Part shown: positions 26,199-37,995 of the stretch, piece after piece
Position numbering within the stretch: position 1 is the stretch's first letter
Layout: each line of letters begins with the position of its first letter
Assembly: GCA_904063045.1 (NCBI GenBank)
Contig: CAJFCJ010000006.1
Span: 2,036,946-2,100,945, forward strand
DNA: 64,000 bases
DNA from: Dimorphilus gyrociliatus
Lineage: Eukaryota; Animalia; Annelida
Reading direction: 5' to 3'
Position numbers and translations under genes: made by a program
The notes under the pieces: model-generated
What the model was told of the DNA's origin: nothing
The model's database searches: none
What the model saw: the letters and a program-made list of their open reading frames with translations, nothing else

Positions 26199-27168
26199 TT
26201 ATACTTTATAAGTTACGAATGAGTCTAATTTAAAGTGTGGTACATTCAAAGCTTGAAAAGGTAAATCTTCGGCATTCGTTAAAAATTGTGCTGAAGTTGG
26301 TTCAAATGTTTCCGGTACGCTAACATCCTTTTTTACAACTAGTAGTACATCGAAGATACCTGCAGTTTTTGGGGAAAAAGAAGGGAAAACAATAGAATAT
26401 CTTGCTTCGTTTTTTGTTACTTTTCCTTATATTTTGTAGGAAAGTTTTGTAATTGAAAAACATAGCATATCATATTATATGATAATTTTCATGCTCATTT
26501 ATCAGGGTGCAGGGGGGGGGGGAAGAAAAGAACTTACATTTCCCATCGTGAAGTGGTAGTAAATTCGAAGAAGCCTTTATTTGTTTTAATATGTCTGAAA
26601 ATTTCTTCTTAACTTCCTCAACGGTAGATTCATGCTCGGAAGATACTTCCTCCCTCTCATCCAAACGGATTGCCCACCTTTCCTTGGGCGAATGGTCTAA
26701 ACCATCGTATATAACAACGACAACTTGTTCTAATGACTTCTTCAATAGTAATTCTATACATTACGTTATATAGTGTGAATAATAAAGATAATTTCCATTT
26801 TAATATAACTACTCCCTTACCTTTACATTCAATTAAAATCTTATTTAAATAAGAAACAACACTCTCTTCGTCGCATTTCCAAACTCTCATCTTATAATCA
26901 TCCTTTTCGGTAAAATATTGGGGAGGATAAACACATCTCTCGTACAATATAAAATTGATGAACGTGTCTATTCAATACATTAAACAGATATCATTTACAC
27001 TCTAATCGATTTATTAATTAATATAAAAAAGAAAATGAATTTTTTTTTTTTAAATTATTAAACCAATAATTTTCTTTTTTTTTTAAATAAAGAAAAATCC
27101 AACATACCTAAGAAATTATTTATCAGCTTCGTTGATAATTTCAATGAGTTAGGAAGTGAATAATTCAT
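26199..27168 (-). CDS. Divergent HORMA-domain protein of the MAD2/REV7 (MAD2L1/MAD2L2) family, ~205 aa, 4 exons
   Basis: MNYSLPNSLKLSTKLINNFL | DTFINFILYERCVYPPQYF...YLNKILIECK | ELLLKKSLEQVVVVIYD...KERWAIRLD...ILKQIKASSNLLPLHDGK | CIFDVLLVVKKDVSVPETFEPTSAQFLTNAEDLPF...KLDSFVTYKV*. All junctions are phase-compatible GT-AG. ILYxRxVYP and VVVI..ERW are HORMA signatures. Confidence 0.85.
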
Positions 27169-28073
27169 AGTTTTTTTTGTTTATTTTTGTTTTTTTTTTA
27201 ATTGTAAATATTTTACCTAAAATAAAAAAAGAAAACGTTTTTTTTTTGGCGAATCGATCCGTCTATCCGAAAATAGAAATAAAAGAAATTATTATATAGA
27301 AAAAAAAACATAGGGATATTAATAATTTCATATAAAAAAAAGGAAGGTGATGGGTGAAGTGGAATGTGAATAGGAACTTTAGATAATAAGAAAAGAATAA
27401 TTAGAGTAAAGTAATAAAGGTAGATTGATATATATATATATATACAGTATATATATATCTGTTCTATTTAAATATTTTAACAATAAATAACAGTTTATCA
27501 ATATATATTGATATTAGCATTACTACAACAGCATATTTGTATACATTTCCTATTTCTTTATAGCTACAAGTTAATTTCTAGTATATTTGAGTAAAACTGA
27601 TTCATTCAGGTGGAGAAAAAATCCTAAATACTCATCAAGTTTACTATTAATCAGTGCAATATTAAAATATTTTTATATCAATTTGATGGAAAATTGTATG
27701 TATCTGCTAAAGCCCAGAGGGAGGGAATGGAATTTGAACTTGTCTTATTCTCCTCATATAATTGTTTCATATATTGCTCATTGATGATAAATAATATACC
27801 TAGCTCTCCCAAATTTAGGTCTTTTTTTAATCAGGGACTAGGCTGGATTAATAAACACACCGGTTAAAAATTCGATAACACGGACAGGTACCTTCAAATA
27901 CAACTCACATTCTAACGACTGAATAAGCTACGTAGCACCAAAAATTATGTCAAATAACAAAAGATACATATTATATATACAAAACACTCAAGGCATAATT
28001 ATTAATACATAAATAGCTATATAACAGTATGATTAAATTCAAAAACTTACTTTCAAGCAGATCAACACCTGGC

Positions 28074-28288
28074 AAAATGGCGCATTTATTTTGAAATGAG
28101 AAAATCCACCGGTTTCCTACTATTTCAAAAATGGCGCATGTTTGATAATATAAACAATACGCCATTTTTATTTTCTATACGTCTTACTCTATCAGTTTAG
28201 TAATACCTGTTTCACAACCCACTGTTCAGCTATTAAAATTTAATAGAGCTAATACATATGGAATGTATATTGCATGGTTGCCATTTTT
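28074..28288. promoter_or_regulatory. Cluster of four YY1/Pho-like (A)AAATGGC(G) motifs
   Basis: AAAATGGCGCAT at 28074 and 28128, and reverse-strand copies CGCCATTTT at 28160 and GCCATTTTT at 28280. Confidence 0.45.
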
Positions 28289-28649
28289 AAAATTCTGTTA
28301 CATTCGTTTGAATTAGTAGAATAGGTGTATTAACGTCGACAAAGCTATATCATATTCAAAATACTTAAGAAAGAAACTTAAGAAAGTCGATATAAAAAAA
28401 ACAATTAAAAAAGAACTATGTCAAGATTAAGCAATTGTTACGTTATTACCATTTCAACTGACCCTCAACTTTGGTCCAATTAGCAAGGAAAATAGTTGTT
28501 CCGCCTATTTAGTAAACTATAAAATGTTGTTGAGGAAAATCAGAACTTTTTTAAATAAAACACAATTTTTACTTAAATGCGTTTCGAGTATTCTATATAT
28601 CAGAGGAAAGTGACTCCAAAAGTCCATCTTCACTAAAATATTCACGAAC

Positions 28650-29980
28650 CTAAGCAAGACTCAATAACGATGATTGGTCAGGGGCTAAAAGTTCATGCTG
28701 TTGATCAAAAGATGCTTGAAATAAAAATTTCTTAACTACATCATTCGAATATAAATTTCGATAATATTGGAAAATATTTGGTTTCCATTTTTGAGCTTCA
28801 ATTGTTTCCATAGTAACAAATGATAGAAAATTTATAATATCTCTCATCCTCATTGCGTAATCATTTCCGTAAGCACTCTGGAGGTATCTTGTAAAGCCTA
28901 TAGTCATTTTATTATAAGGTGACTGAAAGTGAGGGTATTGTCGATTTGGTCGTAGGATGGACAGCATTACAATAAGTGTTAATTCTTCAAATGTTGGATG
29001 TAATTGACGATATCGCTCAAAAATTCTGCTCTTCATGGCTGCATCTTTTTTATGATAAAAACAATTTATAGTAACGAAGAAGCGGTGATCACGGATCATT
29101 AGAGTTAATTGTTCCTCATCCCAAGTATGAATGTTAAATCCCAAAACAGTCACATATATTATATCAATAAAAGACCTGAGGTGGTAGAAAATCTCATTTT
29201 CTGTTAATTCAGACACTCCTGGTATTCTCTTTGAAAGTTTGATCCACCTTTTGATACTAAATGCAATAACTTTTTCATCTGCTATGGTAAACTTCTTTCT
29301 ATCATTTTTCCAATCCTGCTATATGTAATATATCGTTGTATTGGTCCAATGAACAGTTCTGGTCCACACTGTCAATTCCTTCTTTTGCAGTTTTCAAAAT
29401 ATCTTCTAAATTTGGAAAATCATTTCCCCAGTCAATGTTTCGTATATCACAAAGTACTTCACAACATCTCATAAGCATTTCATCAGCGTCTGTAAAACTT
29501 GGTACAGACGGTATAGCATACATCATTCTCTTCTTGGAAATTTCGGTTGCTCTTTGATAATTCACCAATTTTTTCTCTTGTGAATAACGTCCTTGTTTTT
29601 TATTATTAACAGACATACCAACACTGAGACATTTCTGAAATCTACACTATCGACAAGCAAACACGGCACGTTGATTTGGACTACACTGAATTCTTCCATT
29701 ACGTTTGTAATGTTGATGTTTTTTTGAACTTCTTCTAAAGAATACTTTACAAGCCTCGCAAGTGAATGCGCCGTAATGAGATCTAACAAGATGAGTTTTT
29801 AAAAAGTTAGTGTGTCATAGTATGATAAATAAGATCAGAAAATAGAAAATATATGTACTAAATTATAAATATTTACCCAGATGAAGAACTGCCACATACA
29901 CAGCATGGGGGAAGAGATGTCCTATCCACGCCTAGAAATTCGTCTATTTTAATAACATGTTTCGTTTTTTCTGACTCCAT
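28650..29980 (-). pseudogene. Nuclear hormone receptor (C4 DBD + LBD) carrying an in-frame stop; pseudogene, null allele or assembly error
   Basis: Finger 1 is intact: CCVCGSSSSG|SHYGAFTCEACKVFFRR. Finger 2 reads YKRNGRIQCSPNQRAVFACR*CRFQKCLSVGMS, with TAG at 29649-29647 and Arg (CGT, 29703-29701) at the first Cys position. The LBD signature WIKLSKRIPGVSELTENE lies in a different frame after about 29320, and the LBD stays open to 28650. Confidence 0.7.
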
Positions 29981-31342
29981 TTCTTAAGGTACAACATATA
30001 TATTGCGAAGTAATACTGAAATTCTAAAACACATATTCAAACAAAACAATATTGAAGACGAGAATGAGACTTTCCGAGACGTCTGGAAGCAATGTATAGA
30101 AAAGATTTGCAATACTTCCTAGGAGTCTTATTTCGTGTAAGGATTTTTAAAAACTCGTTTTCATTTTTCAAATTTTATTACAATAATTAAAAAACCATGA
30201 AGAGAAGATAAAATCTTTGAAAGAAATAACAGTCGAAAAAAATACGAAAACAACTTTGATACAACAGAATAAAAAAATGAAACAAATTGCTTGTAGTTGC
30301 CATGCCAAAGGAAATATGCATTAGTGTTGATACTTATGATTTGCTTGGTATATATTACAGTAAAGTTAAGGCTAAAAGATCGACACAAATAATATTGTTA
30401 AAGTATATTGAAACATAAGTTTAAAGAAAAATTGAATAAAACAAAAAACGTTTCTATAAATAGCACTGTTTGCTATTATATGTTTATGCTATGCGTATGC
30501 ACAGTAGGAGATACAATCAATTTTTTTTATTTATATATTATATGTATATATTTTAATCACTGACAGTAAAATGTTAAAAATTTTCCTATCCTTTAGTAAA
30601 GTTCGAGTCTTTCACCAGCTGTCACTTCTTTGCGTTTCAATATTAAAATTCTATTTATAAAAGGTCTATTGAACACTTTTAGGTTTTCATCATACTTTTC
30701 CCGCTATTCAACAATTGATAATTATTTTACTCATTCATAAAATGCTTAGATAGTTTACCTTTTGTCTAGCTATTACTTATAATCTTCTCTTGCTGTATTC
30801 TATAGTTTAAAGGCAAATTACACAAAATAAAAGACCTGGGTCATTTGGAAACAGACCGAAAAGTTGTATAAGCTAGATATATGATAGATGAAGCTTTCTT
30901 CTATGTTATCGTTTAGATTTATTATTTTTTTTATATTTCTTTGCAAATTTAATAATATTTTAATGAATTTCTTCTCAACAGTCAGCTCAAGTCTTTAGGT
31001 TCAATTAAATAAAAGAAAAAAAATACTTATTTGGAGAGAGGAATTACGTATTTCCATTAGAGGGCGCTTAATGTTTAAACGTTAATAAGATGCAAATACG
31101 ATAGGCGCCCATTAGTAGGAGATAAATTTCTTATTTAATAAAAGTCATTTGGGGCGCGGTGTTATTAAAATTATCCTTTTACCACAAAAGATTCTAAAAC
31201 CGCAATTTATATATAATAATCATAACACTGTATGTACAAACATCTTTTCCGTACGGTCGAAAGGAAAAAAAACTAGCCATTAACAATAAACGAATTCTTC
31301 AATAGCTATACAACAAATAAATCGTTGCCCATTAAATGGATA

Positions 31343-32788
31343 TCAGGCGACTTTATGCAAGTTCCTGCCCAAAATAGACCGTACATCCTGAACGAAACGC
31401 AGAGCGTCGAGAATCGGTAATAAATTCAACAAACAAGTGTCAGTAGGATCGGAGAACCATGATTTAATAGGAATAGCATTAAGCGGGTAACTTCGGTAGG
31501 CGGCTGGCGAATTATCAACTATAAAAACCCCGCTTAGGTCATCGCTAACCGCTTTTAAATCCTTTGAATATGAACCGTTATCCATATGGCAATGCTGCCT
31601 ATAATATCGCCTCTTGAACATGCACTTGTTATGATCGAGTTTGTCGGCTACTGCTGAGCCATAAATCTCCATGCTGGCCGTGAAGACGACCAATTCGTAC
31701 CAGTTAGAGACGGTTTGCAGGAAGAAGTCGACATGAGGTCGTTTATGGACGAAGAAGCGAACAGGATGCTTGTCGATGGTCACTCTTAATACAAAATCTG
31801 CAGGCGTTCCCGGTTTCACAGTTTGCCGAAAATTACCGTCATGATGAGAGTGTATAAGAGTTTCGTCCAGATCGAGAATCAGCGTTTTCTTCCTTACACA
31901 ATCTGTAATTGTAAATATGTGTAACAATAATTTTAAAGTCACTATCTAGGACTGCCCTCCCTTTTTTCAATTCTCTTATCATACTTAAGTCATTATGTAA
32001 TAATTCTTTTCAAAAACAATAATCATATATATATAGATCACTTGATAAAAACGGATTAAGGTTAAAAATAGTAAATCATAACTATTAAATAGTCAGCTAT
32101 TAATGCAATTTTTAATATTAACTGACTTTTAAAGGACACACTCTTTCTTTGTTTCGTAAGTATCTAGGCGAATTTGCATAAGAGTGAAATTCCAGACCGA
32201 TTGCATCTAAATAAATGTTGCAATTGTAAAATTAAGAGATGTTCTAGCTAGACTATCAGATAGATATTAGTAAACCTTTCTTAAAATTTCCTATTTCCGT
32301 GGTGAGGTAAGCTGATGCGTCTAGTTGAATGTACGATATTGCTATTCATCATTTAGTTCTATCATGCAATAATCAGTGTCGGCGCGGACTATAAAAGTAA
32401 AATACTTACTTAATTGCGTTTTAAATGAGACGCTAAGAGGAACCATTTCATAGCGGACGGTCTGGTGTTGTACAACCTGGAAATATAACATACAATTTTG
32501 TAAGTGGAGTAGGCCTAATATTGACAATATATGACGTCACACGTGGAAAGTCGATGGCGGTAAAAACGTTATATATTCCGTTGGAATATAAGAATTTATA
32601 GATTTTAAGATCTATATGTAAACTAAAGTTTCTTTTGCTGAAGTAACTATAAAATACGTATAAATTGCTTTTGTAAAAAATCAACTTACGGCTCTAATTT
32701 GCTTCTTAAGGCAATAGCAGAGGAATCCCCATATTTTTGAGGCAAATAACAGGAAACCACGAACCCCCATTACGATGAACTTTAACAT
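31343..32788 (-). CDS. CTDNEP1: CTD nuclear envelope phosphatase 1 (Dullard), HAD family
   Basis: [33 protein letters not shown] | [15 protein letters not shown]...QL | [23 protein letters not shown]...[18 protein letters not shown]...[14 protein letters not shown] catalytic motif present. 3 exons. Confidence 0.96.
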
Positions 32789-33133
32789 TTATATGAAGTG
32801 TAATTAGGTCATTCGGTAGATGATTAAAAAAAATTATGATTTCTCGAAAACGCTGTTAAAAACAGTAAAATTTCGTCAAGAACCGCACGGAGGTTTCCCA
32901 TGTAGGGTCGTAACAGGACCGCACTGACGTAATTTTTAATTTTTAATGGAAATTTTACCAAACTATTAAAAAATGTAATTTTCTTTAATCAACATGTCAA
33001 ACTTAAATCAAAATATTCAAAAATTTTCTTTACGAAACCGAGAGCTTATAAAATCTAGTTCGAAATTGTAATTATACAGTGTCCTTGTCTTTGAAATATT
33101 CCTTTCTGGAACAACTTTTTCTGATTTGGTAAA

Positions 33134-33742
33134 ATGTCAAAGATATCAAATTCAGTCAACTCTAAACCGGTAATATTTTGTATAGTCGTGAAATTTTAAC
33201 ATTATTCTATATATTATTGCGATATTTTCAATTTGTTCTCAAAGTTAACGATAATGCATGCTTTTCAAGTTGTATTTCATTCGACCTAGTAGTTGTTGTT
33301 GATCAACAATTGCACGGGAATTACATAAGCCTTACTTCAATGCTACATCTAGAATGATTGGCACCTGTTAATTTTGTTTTTCAATGACAATGCAAACTTT
33401 AACAAAACCATTTCATTTATACACTTCAGCCCAGTGGAATAGACTTTAGAGACGAACTGAGGTCCTGGTTAAATAAAAGAATGAGAATAACCCTGACCGA
33501 CGGAAGAATTTTAATTGGAGTTTTTCTATGTACGGACCGTGACCAGAATATTATTATAGGTTCCTGTGCAGAGTATTTAAATGAAGAGGAGGGTAAGACT
33601 AAAAACATGAAAGTAACCTATCTTTCAATAGCTTTTTCAATTTACAGAAAGATTAAAGAGCACTAAAGATGATCAAAGATTATTAGGATTGGCTATGGTT
33701 GGAGCTAAGCATATGGTTTCAATACAAATTGACTCCTCTTAG
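33134..33742 (+). CDS. NAA38: NatC auxiliary subunit (LSm-domain; Mak31/LSMD1)
   Basis: LRSWLNKRMRITLTDGRILIGVFLCTDRDQNIIIGSCAEYL | ...QRLLGLAMVGAKHMVSIQID*. The first exon (MSKISNSVNSKP, ATG 33134, donor CCG|gtaata) is the best phase-0 candidate but is less certain. Confidence 0.88.
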
Positions 33743-35196
33743 ATAGTGTGATAATTGAAATATACAATTTTTTAAAGTTTGCCATTTTTCATTCAATGTG
33801 GGAATATATTTATACAGTTTATTAATTTAAAACTTATTCAAAAAATAAATCAGTATTTTTAAATGTTTTATACAATTTTGTGTAAAAAGTAGCTTGTAAA
33901 CTCGGGCACCAAAATCAATACTATGGGAATAATTGTTAAATACTGCACATTATAAATATCGCACTATTTATATCTTTTGTAACCAGGAAAAACTATTGAC
34001 AGAAACTGTAATAACAAAAGGTGGAAAATAGTTTACTTGTAACATTGATCCAATGGATTTTGATTTAAAATCCACTAAGCTATTTTTAATATTTTTTCTT
34101 GTCCTTCAATATTTGTCTTGAACTAATATCATTTATCTCTCTATTTTTGACCTAATTCTTTAATTACATAAGAAAGAAAACAAGCGAAAAAAGGCTAAAT
34201 ATTATTGACTTGTTTGTTTTTTCTCTTTACGCTACTATCAATCTAATTTCACTTTTAGAAATGTTTTTATAATTTTGTTACAATCTCAATTAAGCCTATC
34301 CCTAAGGGAATAAAAAAGATTCAGTAAGACAGAATGTGGAAATGGTTTATCTTTGAATTTAAAATGAATACTCATGAGATAGAATTATAATTTAATACTT
34401 TATACATTATACAATTTGATTTATTAGAATTATCTCAAGTTTTTTATCTCTCTCCTTCAGATAAAAGGACAAAAGAAAAATTGGAAAATTAAATTAGATG
34501 AAGAAGATTGTCACTGAAATCGAATTTGTAAATCTCCTTTGGTTTTAATCCTTAATAAATGAGTAATTCTTAAAATGCACTTTCCCCATATTAAGTCTCC
34601 TCGGAAAGTCTATAGGATAATAAATGATAACTAGTTCTATAAATGATACATTTATCCTGATAAGAGAAAATATCAAAAGGAGATCATTTAATCCTGATCA
34701 ATAGATTATATTCTCTTTCCCTCTTATTATATTAATAATGTTCTATTATTTTTTATATGTATATCAAACCTTGAATTGTCTTATTGATTATCATTCGCTT
34801 TCTATAATTGAAGGAGATCGTCCCAAGATAGAAAAGATTGTGTTTCGTTGAAAAGAAGGTATTTATGTTGAGACAGGAATATTAATGATTACTGGTTGCG
34901 ATCGATATATAAATAAGAATTAAACGAACTATGATTAGAAGAGAGATGTATAGTGTGTCCTAGATTGCAATAATAGCTGTATCTAGTACTAAATCATAAA
35001 ACCTTGTCCTTTCGATCAATTGAACGAAAAATCAAAGACAGAAAAATAGAAGAGAGAGTCTTAGCCGGAACTTAAACAGTTAAAAAAGAATATTCATAAA
35101 TTCATTTAAAGATTTATTAGTCTCTTGTGTATTTCAACTTGATACTTGGTTGAATTAAGAAGAATCAAAGTATTTTTCACATTTATCAAAAAGAAA

Positions 35197-37807
35197 ATGA
35201 ACTTGAGGATAATTCTTCTTATAACCTTTGGATTATCAATTCGAATTTACAGTTTAAGTCAGTTTTATAAATCGGTTGAAATATGAAATTTTCCCTAATG
35301 TTTTTCCAATAGATTTGGGTGATAGAGACTTTAAAGAAGCAATTAGAGCTGGTCCTCTAAATTTGGCTCAAATGGCAACTGTAATACCAGGACATTTACA
35401 ATCTTTAACTGACGGATGCCCGTTCTTCTCAAATTGGTCGAACTGCTGCGCATCGTTAATTAAGAGTCAAGAAGTTACTATTCAATTAGCGAGATCATAT
35501 TCGATTTCAACGGTAGTCATCTATTTTCAAACTGGAGAAGAAGGTATGTATCTAAGGTTATTTTAACTGACCACTAATTAAGAAATAACATATATAAACC
35601 GTTATTAAACTTTTTATAGTGCAATTCGTTGAACTTCTTGTAAAAGTTGGACTAATCGTATGCCAAGAATTTCATGGAAATGTAACAAATTATCACCCAA
35701 TTGAGCTAATATGTACTACAGTACTTAATGGAGATAATATAAATCTTTTGGCAATAGATAACGTTGCAGTATGTGAAATTGAAGTCTATTCTGGTAATTA
35801 CTCCAACTTTTGTTTTCTTTTTAGTCTTAATAATCATTGACAATGTATAGATATAAATTTATACTGTATATACATAAATATATAGATAATATAGCCCTTA
35901 AAGCTCCTCTAAGGGCTTGGAGACGTTTGAACGAAGCATTATCATTTAATGATGGCGATTTAGCTAATGGATATCCTTTCTTATCTATTCCACATTGGTT
36001 TATGTTTTTTCTCATTCGGCCTTATCTTATTAAAGAAATAAAGGTTTTTCGAACAATGAATAATTTACACGCTGACGGAAAAGTCTTCCAGCTACATCCC
36101 CAATACGATAGATCAAATGAAAAACTGTGCGGCTCTAAGATTTCTGACACTAATAATCTTCTTCACATGGAATGCCAACCGAATTCGGAAGGTGCCTATG
36201 TAGAATTTACTGTGAGAAAGACACATGCATTTTTCCAAATGGTCAATCTGGTTGAAATTGAAATCTATGGTGAAAGAATTGATAAAGAAAAATACCCCGT
36301 TAATGTGGCTTTTCAAAAACCAATTTCCGTTTCTAAGCCATCATCATCTTGCATCTCCGCTCTTACTGATGGTTCAATTTTTACTGCTGCTGATGCAGTT
36401 GTAGAAAGTGGCTCAACTTGGATGTGTATTGATATGCTTGCCGTATATTCCGTAACTTATTTCATATTATACAAGACATCTGAAAATGATAATAGCGTAG
36501 AAAAAATAGATTTTAAAGTGTCAAAACTTCCTACAAATGATCCTTTTTCATCTCTTTATGAGCTTTGTTACCGACATGATAGTCAAACTACAGGCTTTCA
36601 GTACAACTCCAAATGTCTTAACCCTAATCCAATTGGTAGATACTTTCTTATTCTTCAGAGAAAGACTGTCCAGAATAACATAGCCATTTCAGATATTGAA
36701 GTTTTTGGCATTTTCTTACAAGAGTGGAACTCTCAGTTAATCTCTCATAAGATAATCCAACGAAATCGAATGGATTTTCAAAAGTCACATGTACCTAACG
36801 TAAACCTGTGGAAAACTTCGGATCATTTTCCGTATAATCCAATAAACATAGTCCCTCAAACTTGTGTTGAAATCTCTACATGGTTCTTAATCCAATTCTT
36901 TAATATAAGTAGCGTTCATAACTTTACAATAGTCCCAAAGTGTTCGCAAACAGAACTGGCATTCGATAATCTGGAATTATCTGTTATTAATTCAAACTCT
37001 TACGATATAGATTTAAATAATTATCCAAATGGTATTGCAAAATGCCTTTGTTGGAGATCAAGTGATCATGAATCATTAAAACCTGGTCGTTTAATTTATG
37101 GTAATTGTATGAATACTTGTTATGGTCAAGCTTTATTTGTTCATACAAAAAGTTCAAATAAAATAAAAGTGTGTGAGATATACGTGTATGGAAAATCTGT
37201 TGACTTTATTCCTATTGAACACAAACCCTCATACTTTATTTTCAATGATTCTTATCACAAATGTGAACAGAATAAATCATTTTACTCTTTGGGTAAACCA
37301 TTTACAATATGGTTGGAAAGCTATGCCAAAGTCTATGGTTTGACTTTGAATTCAAAATCAGCTAATATATCAATATCCCTAAATCAAACAGATTCATTTG
37401 AAATTTGTTCTAATTACGATTTTACTGATGGAACGGATACGGAAATATTTTCGATATTTTGTAAAAATTTCCAAGTGGTTCAATATATTAAAATAGAAAG
37501 TAACAATATTGATATTTGTAGTATAAAAGCTTCAGTAAAATTTGTCAGATTATCTAACTATTTCAAACCTATAAGTTCATTTGGAATCTTTCCATTTTAT
37601 AAAAGGGATGAAAAGGAAAATGTGATGGAATGTGCTCAATCATGTCTCTCCTTACCGTATTGTCTATCTTTTGGATGGAATATAAAGAATAAAGTATGTT
37701 TACATTCAAAATTCTTAATACCGAAGAAATTAACTGGTCCTATTGATAAATCTGTTATAAAATTTACAAGAGAAATGAATCATATACCAAACTCAAACTG
37801 TATTTGA
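35197..37807 (+). CDS. Secreted protein with tandem F5/8-type/fucolectin-like (galactose-binding-like) domains and a C-terminal PAN/apple-like domain, ~810 aa
   Basis: Signal peptide MNLRIILLITFGLSIRIYSL. Repeated domain starts (LNLAQMA, DNIALKA, NVAFQKP) and ends (VCEIEVYS, VEIEIYG, SDIEVFG, VCEIYVYG). Terminal CAQSCLSLPYCLSFGWNIKNKVCLH. No TM. 4 phase-compatible exons. Confidence 0.7.
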
Positions 37808-37995
37808 AATAATGATTTTTATCTTTAAAAGATTAGGAGAACAATCATTCAAACAACACAAGATCAAGTGATTAAAGACAAACTGAATATTCATATTTTA
37901 TACTTTCCAGTATAAAAACACAAAAACTACCTTTTATAGTTATTGCAAGCCAGTATGATGTTAATCATTTATGTAAATAAGCATTATTATTACCG

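Noticed and set aside
26510-26522. Poly-G run in a HORMA intron, and C-rich tracts at ~1420-1440 and ~1635-1670
   Set aside because: Single short homopolymer or pyrimidine tracts, lacking the four spaced G-runs needed for a convincing G-quadruplex.
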